Assembly (NCBI RefSeq): GCF_001457595.1
Contig: NZ_LN831039.1
Span: forward strand, 5,610,001-5,642,000
DNA length: 32,000 nt
Direction: 5' to 3'
Source: Mycolicibacterium smegmatis
GTDB taxonomy: Bacteria > Actinomycetota > Actinomycetes > Mycobacteriales > Mycobacteriaceae
Numbering within the stretch: the stretch's first letter is position 1; every line of letters begins with the position of its first letter. Below, piece after piece: positions 1-8,258 of this stretch. Below the pieces are notes generated by a model that made no database searches, was not told where the DNA came from, and saw only the letters and a list, made by a program, of their open reading frames with translations. A program made the position numbers and the translations under genes.

Positions 1-1208
1 GTCCAGTTGTTGGGGTCGTCACCGTCGGCGTCGAGCGCGTCGCGCTGCTGCAGGAGCAGACCGCCACTGATCTGGCGCACCTCGGTGCCGCCGATGGGCG
101 GTTGTGAGGCCACCAGGATGCGGATGTTCTTCTTGCGGGCGAGCACCTCGACCGCGCCGGGTTCGTAGGCCGGCGCGATGATCACCTCGGTGAAGATCTC
201 CGAAATGGTCTCGGCCATCTCGACACTCACCTCGGTGTTGGCCGCGATGACGCCACCGAACGCGCTCAGCGGGTCGCACTCGTGGGCCTTGCGGTGCGCG
301 TCGGCCACCGATGTCGACGAGATCGCGATGCCACAGGGGTTGGCATGCTTGATGATCGCCACGCACGTCTGCTCGTGGTCGAACGCAGCGCGCCACGCCG
401 CGTCGGCATCCGTGTAGTTGTTGTAGGACATCTCCTTGCCGTGCAACTGCTCGGCCTGCGCCAGACCGGGCCACGCCGCGTTGTCGCGGTACACCGCGGC
501 CTTCTGGTGCGGGTTCTCGCCGTAGCGCAGCACCGCGGCGCGGTGCCACGTACCGGCGAACCACTGCGGCAGCGACGGTTCGACGGCTCCACCTTCGGCG
601 GAGCCCTCCTCCGGCGACAGCGTCGAGCCCATCCAGCTCGCGACCGCGACGTCGTACTCGGCGGTGTGGCGGAACGCCACCGATGCCAACTTCTTTCGCT
701 CGGCGAGCGTGAAGCCGCCGGCACGCACCGCGGCGAGCACGCCGTCGTAGCCCAGCGGGTCGACGACCACCGCGACGCTCGGGTGGTTCTTGGCCGCAGC
801 GCGCACCATCGACGGTCCGCCGATGTCGATCTGCTCGACGCACTCGTCCACCGACGCCCCGGAGGCCACGGTCTCGCTGAACGGATAGAGGTTCACCACC
901 ACCAGTTCGAACGCCTCGACGTCGAGTTCCTTGAGCGCCGCGAGATGTTCGGGCTTGCGGGTGTCGGCGAGCAACCCTGCGTGAACGCGCGGGTGCAGCG
1001 TCTTGACCCGGCCGTCGAGCACCTCGGGGAAACCGGTGACCTGTTCCACCGGCGTCACCGGAACACCGGCGGCGGCAATGGTTTTCGCGGTCGAGCCGGT
1101 GGAGACGATCGCGACGCCGGCCTGGTGCAGGCCGCGCGCCAGATCGGCGAGACCGGTCTTGTCGTAGACACTGATCAGGGCCCGCCGGACCGGTTTCTTG
1201 TCGCTCAT
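1..1208 (-). CDS. purH: Bifunctional AICAR formyltransferase / IMP cyclohydrolase PurH; N-terminal ~400 codons, with the C-terminus running off the left window edge
   Basis: It is absent from the ORF track because it has no stop inside the window. Manual reverse translation from the ATG at 1208-1206 gives [63 protein letters not shown]. The same frame is still open at the left edge (...[19 protein letters not shown], last codon at nt 3-5). ISVYDKTGL and STGSTAK are PurH MGS-like domain hallmarks. A GGAGA SD lies between the purN stop and this ATG. Confidence 0.9.
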   Translation of the reverse strand, partial: MSDKKPVRRALISVYDKTGLADLARGLHQAGVAIVSTGSTAKTIAAAGVPVTPVEQVTGFPEVLDGRVKTLHPRVHAGLLADTRKPEHLAALKELDVEAFELVVVNLYPFSETVASGASVDECVEQIDIGGPSMVRAAAKNHPSVAVVVDPLGYDGVLAAVRAGGFTLAERKKLASVAFRHTAEYDVAVASWMGSTLSPEEGSAEGGAVEPSLPQWFAGTWHRAAVLRYGENPHQKAAVYRDNAAWPGLAQAEQLHGKEMSYNNYTDADAAWRAAFDHEQTCVAIIKHANPCGIAISSTSVADAHRKAHECDPLSAFGGVIAANTEVSVEMAETISEIFTEVIIAPAYEPGAVEVLARKKNIRILVASQPPIGGTEVRQISGGLLLQQRDALDADGDDPNNW

Positions 1209-1218
1209 CGATGTCTCC

Positions 1219-1872
1219 TCATCCGAAGGTCGCCTTTCGTCCTGTCCAGATCACGCCGCGTGTCGCCAGCGCTGCCAGCACGTCCACCAGGAGCCGTCGT
1301 TCGACGACCTTGATGCGTTCGTGCAGAGTCTCTTCGGTGTCATCGTCGTCGATCTCGACGACCTGCTGGGCCAGAATCGGCCCGGTGTCGACGCCCGAAT
1401 CCACCAGGTGCACCGTGCACCCGGTGACCCGCACGCCGTAGTTGAGCGCCTCTCGTACCGCGTGGGCGCCGGGGAACGCGGGCAGCAGGGCCGGATGGGT
1501 GTTGACCACGCGACCCGGGAAACGGGAGAGGAATTCGGCGCCGAGGATCTTCATGAACCCGGCGGAGACCACCAGATCCGGGTGGTGCTCGGCGGTGGCG
1601 GCGGTCAGCGCAGCGTCCCAGGCCGCGCGATCGGCATGGTCTGCGAGGCGCACCGTGTACGTAGGCACGTCCGCGGCGGCGGCGACGTCGAGGGCCGCGC
1701 ATTTGCGGTCGGTGCCCACAGCGACCACCCGCGCGGGGTATTCGCCCGTGGCGGCTTCCAGTAGCGACGCGAGCAACGATCCGGCGCCTGAAGCAAGCAC
1801 CACCAGCCGTGCCGGTGCACTCGGAGGCACTCGTAGTGGTTGCTGCACTCGCAGCAGCCTAGTCCTCTGCAT
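1219..1872 (-). CDS. purN: Phosphoribosylglycinamide formyltransferase PurN
   Basis: The ORF is in the 1219..2196 frame. From the ATG at 1872 it reads [34 protein letters not shown]...[17 protein letters not shown]...[16 protein letters not shown], which are formyl-transferase N-domain motifs. It is close to my memory of Rv0956. An alternative GTG start at 1848 (VQQPLRVPP) aligns better with the M. tuberculosis N-terminus. The upstream part of the 325-aa ORF is Pro/Arg/Thr-rich and overlaps perM, so I rejected it. Confidence 0.9.
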   Translation of the reverse strand: MQRTRLLRVQQPLRVPPSAPARLVVLASGAGSLLASLLEAATGEYPARVVAVGTDRKCAALDVAAAADVPTYTVRLADHADRAAWDAALTAATAEHHPDLVVSAGFMKILGAEFLSRFPGRVVNTHPALLPAFPGAHAVREALNYGVRVTGCTVHLVDSGVDTGPILAQQVVEIDDDDTEETLHERIKVVERRLLVDVLAALATRGVIWTGRKATFG

Positions 1873-3322
1873 TGCGCGGTTTATCGCCGGACACTTCTTC
1901 GTCACCGAACTCGTCGACGAAGAAGTGGTCCTCGGGGTCCTCGTCGAGCAGGTCGCGCGGCGAGCGGGGCGCGACGGGCGCGCCGGCGTCGTCGTCGGTC
2001 TCAGCGGGCTCGGGCGGTTCGTCGGCGTGCCACGAGACCAGCGGCTCTTCCGGGGTCTCCTCGTACGGTTCGTCCCCGAACGGCTCGTCGTCGGGTTCGT
2101 CGGCTTCTGCCGGTTCGCCGAGTACCTCGCCCGGTACGACGGGTTCGGGTTCGGGCTCGGGTGCAGGGGGCGGGGCGGCAGGCGCGACCCGCACACGGCG
2201 GACGATGCCGCCGCTCATCACGACCGTCAGCCCGCCGATGCCGACGAACCACAGGAACACCGCGGGCCCGAAGGTGGACTGGTCGACGCCGACGTGACCG
2301 AAGTTCCCGAGCCTGCCGCTGCCCGCGTAGCCGAGCAGCGCCATCGTCACCGCCGAGATGAGCGACGCCACGATCAGCTTGGCCAGCGCCGCGAACGGCG
2401 TGAGCGGCCGCGCCGCACACTGCTGGCCGAGCGCGACGGCCGAGGCCGCGCCGACGATCAGCAGGGCCACCCACACCGGGCCCAGCGGCGGCGTCGGCGC
2501 CGCGGCCAGCACCGGCACGGCCGGGATGTCGCCGCCGAACACCGTGAACGAACTGAACGTCGCGAGCCCGATGTGGGCACTGGAGCCGACGGCGATCGCC
2601 GAGGTGCCGACGATGACATTGGGGATGTACAGCACCGACAGCCCGGTGAGGCTGAGCTGCCCGAACACCGTGTCGGTGATCGCGAACAAATCGTGCATGG
2701 TGCCCCAGTGCACGACGAGCGATCCGGCCGTCACGATTCCGGACAACGCGAACAGCGCGAGCACACCCGCGGATGCGGCACGAACCGCGTCGGGCAACCA
2801 CTTCGGGAGCGGCGACGCGGCCAGCGTGCGCCGCCCGATCTTGGTGCTGACGCCGATGAGCGCGCCGATCGCGTGCACAGCGAGGACGCCGCCGAAGGCC
2901 CGCAGCGCGCTCGGGGTCTGCAGTTCGGTGATCACCGAGGCCGCGTCGTGGATCACGGCGAGCAGCAGCGCCGCGATCAGCAGCGGACCGCCGAGCGCGG
3001 ACGCGACCACCCAGCGCGTGACGAACCACGACGAGTTCGGGGCTGTCGCAGCCGCGGTGGTCTTCGCGGTCCCCCACACCATCGCGAGGACCGGCAGCAA
3101 CGGCATGACGCCCAGCTCGCGGCCACCGATCGAGACGGGGACCTGATGCACGCCCAGCCACATGCTGGCGATCGCGCCGAACGCGCCCGTCATGTCGCTG
3201 TTGGCGATGACCAGCTGCAACAGGACGACAGCGGCGATGATCACCAACGCCACGACGGACGGCCCGAACGCGACCCGAAGCAGCTCACGTGCCTGGCGTG
3301 TGCCGACTGGCCCGTTGTTCAC
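1859..3322 (-). CDS. perM: Polytopic integral membrane protein with an acidic Asp/Glu/Pro-rich C-terminal tail (Rv0955/PerM-like)
   Basis: This is a 487-aa ORF with a GTG start at 3322 and GAGGAG about 12 nt upstream. It has many hydrophobic helices followed by a ~110-aa tail (APEPEPEP...[20 protein letters not shown]...[17 protein letters not shown]). Its position directly upstream of purN-purH matches perM in M. tuberculosis (synteny recalled, not searched). Confidence 0.8.
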   Translation of the reverse strand: MNNGPVGTRQARELLRVAFGPSVVALVIIAAVVLLQLVIANSDMTGAFGAIASMWLGVHQVPVSIGGRELGVMPLLPVLAMVWGTAKTTAAATAPNSSWFVTRWVVASALGGPLLIAALLLAVIHDAASVITELQTPSALRAFGGVLAVHAIGALIGVSTKIGRRTLAASPLPKWLPDAVRAASAGVLALFALSGIVTAGSLVVHWGTMHDLFAITDTVFGQLSLTGLSVLYIPNVIVGTSAIAVGSSAHIGLATFSSFTVFGGDIPAVPVLAAAPTPPLGPVWVALLIVGAASAVALGQQCAARPLTPFAALAKLIVASLISAVTMALLGYAGSGRLGNFGHVGVDQSTFGPAVFLWFVGIGGLTVVMSGGIVRRVRVAPAAPPPAPEPEPEPVVPGEVLGEPAEADEPDDEPFGDEPYEETPEEPLVSWHADEPPEPAETDDDAGAPVAPRSPRDLLDEDPEDHFFVDEFGDEEVSGDKPRNAED

Positions 3323-3382
3323 TAGCTAAGCCGCTCCTCGCCGATGATCCGCGCGCACAAGTCGCAGCACGCGCGGATCAGC

Positions 3383-4282
3383 TTACGACGACGACTGGCC
3401 GGATTGCGGTGAGGACGGCTGCTGTCCGGGCTGTTGCTGCTGCGGCTGAGCCGGGACCTGCGACGTCGGCGCGGACGACGGACCGGACGACTGCTGCGGC
3501 TGGCCGTATGTCGGGAAGCCGGTGGGAGGCGTCGGCGGGCCGCTCTGCTGACCGTGCTGCTGACCGCCCGGCTGCGAGCCCGGCGTCGGGAAACCGCCCG
3601 TGGACGGGCCTGCCGAGTAGCCGCCGTACTGCGACGGGTAACCGGGGCGCTGCCCCTGCTGGTAGGACGGCTGCCCCTGCTGCTGGCCGGGCTGTTGTCC
3701 GTGCTGACCGGGCTGCTGGCCAGGCTGCTGACCAGGCTGCTGACCGTAGTACTGCGACGGGGCCCCGTACTGGCCGTACTGCGGCTGCTGCTCGTAGGCC
3801 GGCTTCGGCGGCGGCGGGGTGAGGATGCCCGAGTCGAACAGCAGCACCGTCAGGGCAGCGCCTGCCTGGATCAGCGTGAGCACCAGGATCGTGATGAACG
3901 CCCAACCGGAATCGCTTCCGGCGAGGATCACCAGGTACACCGACTGCAGGAACGCGACCAGCGCGAGCACCGAGGCGACACCCGCGTGGTTCTTCTGCTT
4001 GGGAAGCAGGCTCACGCCGGCCAGCAGGGCGCCGGCCAGGGCGGCCACCACGATCACCTGCACGATGGGTGCGCCGACGGCGAACTGCGCGTCCTCGATG
4101 CCGTAGCTGACGAAGTAGGCGATCAGGCCGGCGGCCGCCGCGACGCCGAGCAGGATCTGCGGCAGGCTGCTCTCCCCCGCGGGGGCGGTTTCGGCCGGCT
4201 TGCCGAACGGCTGGGTAGCGCCGTACTGGGACCCCGATTGCGGCGCGGGCGGATATCCGGGGCTACTTGGCGGGTAGGTCAT
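3383..4282 (-). CDS. Membrane protein with four central TM helices and Pro/Gln/Gly-rich termini (34 kDa antigenic protein / Rv0954 homologue)
   Basis: The protein is 299 aa from the ATG at 4282, with AGGAGAGG immediately upstream. It starts MTYPPSSPGYPPAPQSG, has four hydrophobic segments, and ends in a ~145-aa tail (QQPGQQPGQQPGQHGQQPGQQQGQ...). Its position between perM and the LLM oxidoreductase matches Rv0954. The 41-codon N-terminal extension in the ORF track (to 4405) has no coding character. Confidence 0.8.
   Translation of the reverse strand: MTYPPSSPGYPPAPQSGSQYGATQPFGKPAETAPAGESSLPQILLGVAAAAGLIAYFVSYGIEDAQFAVGAPIVQVIVVAALAGALLAGVSLLPKQKNHAGVASVLALVAFLQSVYLVILAGSDSGWAFITILVLTLIQAGAALTVLLFDSGILTPPPPKPAYEQQPQYGQYGAPSQYYGQQPGQQPGQQPGQHGQQPGQQQGQPSYQQGQRPGYPSQYGGYSAGPSTGGFPTPGSQPGGQQHGQQSGPPTPPTGFPTYGQPQQSSGPSSAPTSQVPAQPQQQQPGQQPSSPQSGQSSS
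3671..3745 (-). repeat. Imperfect short tandem repeat (CAGCCNGGN / CTGCTGRCC units) encoding (Q-Q-P-G)n
   Basis: The plus strand reads ctgctggccgggctgttgtccgtgctgaccgggctgctggccaggctgctgaccaggctgctgacc. This encodes GQQPGQQPGQQPGQHGQQPGQQQGQ on the minus strand. Confidence 0.7.
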
Positions 4283-4428
4283 GACCTCTCCTGTGCTGAT
4301 CGAGCGTCGCGTCGTGCATTCCACGCAGGCATGGATGCGGACCTGGTACGGACCACGTAAGCGATCGAGACTCCACGCTAGCGCACACAAGTGGACCCGG
4401 AGCACACGCTCTCGGTGTCAGGCAGGTC

Positions 4429-5559
4429 TCAAGCTGATACCAGTACGGGTTCGTCGGCCGAATTCTGTTCGGACGCCTCGATTTCACGGACCAGCGGCAG
4501 CACCTTGGCGCCGAAGTACTCGATTTCCTCCTGGAAGTGCAGGAACCCGCCGAGGATCAGATCCGCACCGCGTTTGCGGTACGCCGCAATGCGTTCCGCG
4601 ATCTGCTCGGGCGTGCCGATGAGCTGCGTGCGGAAGCCGTCGTTGTACTGGACCAGGTCCTCGAACGTCGAATCGGCCCACATCCCCTTCTTGTCACCGG
4701 TCGAGTTGCCTGCCTGCTGCACCGCACTGCGGAAGCCTTCCACGGCGGGCTTGTTGGCCTTGGCGACGATCTCCCGCAGCACTTCCTTGGCTTCCTTTTC
4801 GGTGTCACGGGCGATGATGAAGCCGTTGAGCCCGAACTTCACCTCACGGTTGACGGTGCGGGCATGCTCACGCACGTCGACCACCTGCTCGGTGAACCCG
4901 TCGAAGTCCTTGCCGTTGGAGAAGTACCAGTCCGCATAGAGACCGCCGTTGCGCCGCGCGGCGGTGGAGTTGCCGCCCTGGAACAGTTCCGGATGCGGCC
5001 GGCCTGGGACGTCGACGGGCTTGGGCTTGAGGGTGAAGTCGTGGATGCGGTAGAAGTCGCCGCGGAAGTCCACGTTGTCCTCGGTCCAGATCTTGCGCAG
5101 GACCTGCAGGAACTCGGCGCTGCGCCGGTAACGCTCGTCGTGCTCGAGCCACGGCTCACCGAGGTGGATGAACTCGTCCTTGAACCACCCACTGACCACA
5201 TTGACCGCGAAGCGACCGTTGCTCAGGTGGTCGGCGGTCGCGCCGAGTTTCGCCAGCACTCCCGGCTGCCAGAGCCCGGGGTGCACCGCGGCGATCACCT
5301 TGAGGCGTTCGGTGGCCAGCAGCAGCGCGAGCGAAAAGCTCGTCGACTCGTGCTGGTACTCGGCGCCGTAGCTGGCCTCGTAGCGCACCTGGCTCAGCGC
5401 GTACTCGAATCCGTTGTTCTCCGCGGTCTGCGCGAGCTTCTTGTTGTACTCGTAGTTCCAGTCGGTGCGCTGTTCGATGTCGCTGGTGACCAGGCCGCCA
5501 CTGACGTTGGGCACCCAGTACGCGAACTTGATGTGGTCAGCAATGCGTTCGGTGGTCAT
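4429..5559 (-). CDS. sfnG: FMNH2-dependent dimethylsulfone monooxygenase SfnG-type enzyme (luciferase-like monooxygenase, LLM, family)
   Basis: The protein is 376 aa from the ATG at 5559. The strings IKFAYWVPNVSGGLVTS, EYALSQVRY, VNVVSGWFKDEFIHLGEPWLEHDERYRRSAEF and FEDLVQYNDGFRTQLIGTPEQIAERI closely match my memory of Pseudomonas SfnG. The TTG start at 5577 in the ORF track adds 6 non-conserved residues. Confidence 0.8.
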   Translation of the reverse strand: MTTERIADHIKFAYWVPNVSGGLVTSDIEQRTDWNYEYNKKLAQTAENNGFEYALSQVRYEASYGAEYQHESTSFSLALLLATERLKVIAAVHPGLWQPGVLAKLGATADHLSNGRFAVNVVSGWFKDEFIHLGEPWLEHDERYRRSAEFLQVLRKIWTEDNVDFRGDFYRIHDFTLKPKPVDVPGRPHPELFQGGNSTAARRNGGLYADWYFSNGKDFDGFTEQVVDVREHARTVNREVKFGLNGFIIARDTEKEAKEVLREIVAKANKPAVEGFRSAVQQAGNSTGDKKGMWADSTFEDLVQYNDGFRTQLIGTPEQIAERIAAYRKRGADLILGGFLHFQEEIEYFGAKVLPLVREIEASEQNSADEPVLVSA

Positions 5560-5702
5560 GGGCTGACATCTCAGCAAAAGCCGATGCGGGTGTCACAGGT
5601 ATCACTCGCGCTGAACTTTTCTTGACAACCCCCGCCATCGGGTTGCCCCGACGATCGGCACGGCTATTGCCCCTCAGACTGAAACACGTTCTAATTCTGG
5701 TC

Positions 5703-6551
5703 ATGGACTACGGGCTCGTTCTCTTCACCAGCGACCGCGGCATCACGCCGGCCTCAGCCGCAAAACTCGCCGACGACCATGGCTTCACCACGTTCTACGT
5801 GCCTGAACACACCCACATCCCGATCAAGCGGGAGGCCGCCCACCCCACCACCGGTGACGAGTCCCTGCCCGACGACCGCTACATGCGCACGCTGGATCCG
5901 TGGGTGTCGCTGGGCACGGCCGCTGCCGTGACCTCGCGGGTGGGGTTGTCGACGGCCGTCGCGCTACCCGTCGAACACGACCCCATCACGCTGGCCAAGT
6001 CCATCGCGACACTGGACCACCTCTCCGGTGGGCGCGTATCGCTGGGTGTCGGTTTCGGTTGGAACACCGACGAACTCGCCGATCACAAGGTTCCGGCGGG
6101 CCGGCGCCGCACGATGCTGCGTGAATACCTCGAGGCCATGCGGGCGCTGTGGACACAGGAAGAGGCCTCGTACGACGGGGAATTCGTGAACTTCGGCCCG
6201 TCATGGGCGTGGCCCAAGCCGGTGCAGGCACACATCCCCGTTCTGGTGGGCGCGGCCGGGAACGAGAAGAACTTCAAGTGGATCGCCCGCAGCGCCGACG
6301 GCTGGATCACCACGCCCCGCGACTTCGACATCGACGAGCCCGTCAAACTGCTGCAGGACATCTGGGCCGCGGCCGGACGTGAGGGTGCCCCGCAGATCCG
6401 GGCGCTGGACTACAAGCCCGACGCCGAAAAGCTCGCCCACTGGCGCGATCTCGGCGTCACCGAGGTGGTGTTCGGCCTGCCCGACAAGTCGGAGGCCGAG
6501 GTCGCGGCGTACGTCGAGCGGTTGGCGGGCAAGCTCTCCGCGCTGGTCTAG
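5703..6551 (+). CDS. LLM-class (probably F420-dependent) oxidoreductase, Rv0953c-like
   Basis: From the ATG at 5703 it reads MDYGLVLFTSDRGITPASAAKLADDHGFTTFYVPEHTHIP...LDHLSGGRVSLGVGFGWN, the luciferase-like TIM-barrel pattern typical of mycobacterial F420-dependent LLMs. Its position and orientation relative to the Rv0954 homologue fit Rv0953c. The 27 upstream codons in the track look non-coding. Confidence 0.8.
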   Translation: MDYGLVLFTSDRGITPASAAKLADDHGFTTFYVPEHTHIPIKREAAHPTTGDESLPDDRYMRTLDPWVSLGTAAAVTSRVGLSTAVALPVEHDPITLAKSIATLDHLSGGRVSLGVGFGWNTDELADHKVPAGRRRTMLREYLEAMRALWTQEEASYDGEFVNFGPSWAWPKPVQAHIPVLVGAAGNEKNFKWIARSADGWITTPRDFDIDEPVKLLQDIWAAAGREGAPQIRALDYKPDAEKLAHWRDLGVTEVVFGLPDKSEAEVAAYVERLAGKLSALV

Positions 6552-6553
6552 CG

Positions 6554-8077
6554 TTACGCCAGTACGGCGCGGTTGCTCTTCTCGCCGGGGGTGACGACGA
6601 TCTTCGCGCCGATCGGGTCGCCCTCGCTGAGCAGCTTGACCAGGTCCTCGTCCTTGGTCTTGGCCAGGAAGCGGCTGCCGTCGTCGAGACGGCCGATGAT
6701 GATGCCGGTGTGCGGCGTCCAGTCGTAGCGCACGGTGTAGGTCTCGATGGTGCCTGTGCCGTCGGCCTTCTCGGTGATGGCGACCTTGGGCTGCGCGTCG
6801 TGCTCGGCCTGCAGTTGCGCGCTGTTGTCGGCGACCCAGTCGGCGGGCTCGGTCGAGTAGATGCCCACCGAGTACTTGCTGGCGATGCCGCCGTTGGCGC
6901 CGACGAGCGCGAACTGACCGGGCTTGTCACGCATCTCGTTGACCGCCTCGGCGATGCCGTGCATCGAGTAGTTGTTGCCCGGGCCGCCGAAGAACGGCAG
7001 TCCGCCGGTGAGAGTGAGGCCACGCGGGTCGTCGGTGGCCAGCCCTGTGCCGTCGCAGATGTTGAACACCGGGAACGGGAAGCAGCTGTACAGATCGAAG
7101 GCCGCCACGTCGTCCAAGCCGATACCGGCCACGCGCAGCGCCTCGTTCACCGCGGTCACCGAGGCCGGGCTGGCACCGATGTCGGCGCGCTCCAGCAGCT
7201 TGGGCTCCTTCATGTCGGCGTGCCCGCGCAGGTACACCCACTTCTCTTCGGGCACACCGAGTTTGCGTGCGGATTCCACCGACATCATCAGCAGCGCGGC
7301 ACCCTGGTTCACCTGGTCGCGCGCGACCATCAGACGCGGGTAGGGGTCGACGATCATGCGATTCGATGCAGTGACGGTGAGCAGTTCCTCGACCGAGCGC
7401 TCCGTCGGCGCCGACGAATACGGGTTCTTGGCGGCCACTTTCGAGAACGGGGCAAACAGCTCGGCCATCGCGAGGCGATAGTCGGCAACCGAGAGGCCCA
7501 GGCGGGCGCGGCGGGCGTTCTCCAGAAGGCCGTACTGCACCGGGGCACCGATCAGGCCGTGGCGGATCGTGTACTCGTCGAAGATTCCGTCGTACCCGTA
7601 GCCGCGGTCCTCCAACTGCCCGTCGACGGTCTCGGAGTGGTCCGGCTTGTTCTCGGCCTTGGAGAAGTGGCGCAGCGTGGAGGTGTTCTCCGAGCCGAAG
7701 ATCAGCACGACGTCGTTCTCACCGGCCGCGATCTTGCCGCCGAACTCCGTCGCGAGGTGCTGCGGGCTCTGCCCGCCGATCACCTCGAGCACGGCATGGG
7801 CCGGGTCGGCGCCGATGTTGCGCGCGACCGAGCGCGGGTAGTTGCTGGAGACGCCGAGCGGGGCCGATGCCGGGCCGGAGATCTCGAACTGCCGGGTACC
7901 TGCCACGGTGTCGATGGCGCGCGCCACGGTATCCGCGTCGGCCCCGCAGTCATGCAGGGCGGCCTTCGCGGCCTCGGTCGCCAGCTCGACCGACGACATG
8001 CCCCGATAACCGTCGAGATCGATGCGTTCGGTGAACTGTCCCACGCCGACGATGACAGGCGTACGCGGATCGACCAT
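6554..8077 (-). CDS. Thiolase-fold (SCP2-thiolase-like) protein fused to a C-terminal OB-fold/DUF35-like domain; usually annotated as acetyl-CoA acetyltransferase
   Basis: The protein is 507 aa from the ATG at 8077, with AAGGAGG 6 nt upstream. The thiolase-like core contains VVLIFGSENTS, AFDLYSCFPFP and LTGGLPFFGGPGNNYSMHG. The last ~100 aa (GTGTIETYTVRYDW..TGIIIGRLDDGSRFLAKT..GDPIGAKIVVTP) look like the OB fold of DUF35 proteins. The TTG at 8083 in the track is less likely given the SD spacing. Confidence 0.8.
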   Translation of the reverse strand: MVDPRTPVIVGVGQFTERIDLDGYRGMSSVELATEAAKAALHDCGADADTVARAIDTVAGTRQFEISGPASAPLGVSSNYPRSVARNIGADPAHAVLEVIGGQSPQHLATEFGGKIAAGENDVVLIFGSENTSTLRHFSKAENKPDHSETVDGQLEDRGYGYDGIFDEYTIRHGLIGAPVQYGLLENARRARLGLSVADYRLAMAELFAPFSKVAAKNPYSSAPTERSVEELLTVTASNRMIVDPYPRLMVARDQVNQGAALLMMSVESARKLGVPEEKWVYLRGHADMKEPKLLERADIGASPASVTAVNEALRVAGIGLDDVAAFDLYSCFPFPVFNICDGTGLATDDPRGLTLTGGLPFFGGPGNNYSMHGIAEAVNEMRDKPGQFALVGANGGIASKYSVGIYSTEPADWVADNSAQLQAEHDAQPKVAITEKADGTGTIETYTVRYDWTPHTGIIIGRLDDGSRFLAKTKDEDLVKLLSEGDPIGAKIVVTPGEKSNRAVLA

Positions 8078-8088
8078 GTGCAACCTCC

Positions 8089-8102
8089 TTGACAGGTGTC
8101 AA
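8089..8102. promoter_or_regulatory. Perfect palindrome TTGACAGGTGTCAA abutting the SD of the thiolase-like gene; candidate operator
   Basis: The arms TTGACA and TGTCAA are separated by GG. The site overlaps the AAGGAGG SD (8084-8090) of the minus-strand gene and lies in the tetR-divergent intergenic region. Confidence 0.4.
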
Positions 8103-8215
8103 TTCGCCAGGCTAACCGAACGCCGTCCAGACGCAAAACTGTCGCTTCCCGCGCCGAAAAGGTCAGGTTTACGTCTGCTCGCGAGGGGATCGCACCCGGC
8201 ATCCCTTGCCAAACC

Positions 8216-8255
8216 TGTCACTTAGTGACACTGTGGAGCTGTCACTAAGTGACAG
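8216..8255. promoter_or_regulatory. Two 15-bp palindromes, TGTCACTTAGTGACA (8216-8230) and TGTCACTAAGTGACA (8240-8254), 9 bp apart; candidate TetR operators
   Basis: Each has 6-bp arms TGTCAC/GTGACA around a 3-nt centre. The second site is the exact reverse complement of the first and extends to 7-bp arms (CTGTCAC..GTGACAG, 8239-8255). It ends 4 nt before the tetR GTG start. Both are AT-rich relative to the window. Confidence 0.55.
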
Positions 8256-8258
8256 GAG

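Noticed and set aside
19-1313. Minus-strand ORFs 19..843 (274 aa) and 266..724, and plus-strand ORF 282..1313 (343 aa).
   Set aside because: All lie inside purH in wrong frames or on the wrong strand. The real purH frame (codons ending at 1208) has no stop in the window and was therefore missing from the track.
1442-3325. A 627-aa plus-strand ORF, plus several 140-390-aa ORFs in other frames over 1840-3161.
   Set aside because: They are antisense to, or out of frame with, purN and perM. They are extremely Arg/Ala/Gly/Asp-rich with no motifs. The perM frame shows coherent TM helices and conserved synteny.
5622-5702. A canonical TTGACA (5622-5627) upstream of the LLM oxidoreductase, and TCTAAT/TAATTC near its ATG, considered as a promoter.
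   Set aside because: No acceptable -10 hexamer lies 16-18 nt after the TTGACA. The AT-rich hexamers near 5690-5697 do not fit TANNNT at the spacing needed for a leaderless start. The signals are too ambiguous to call.
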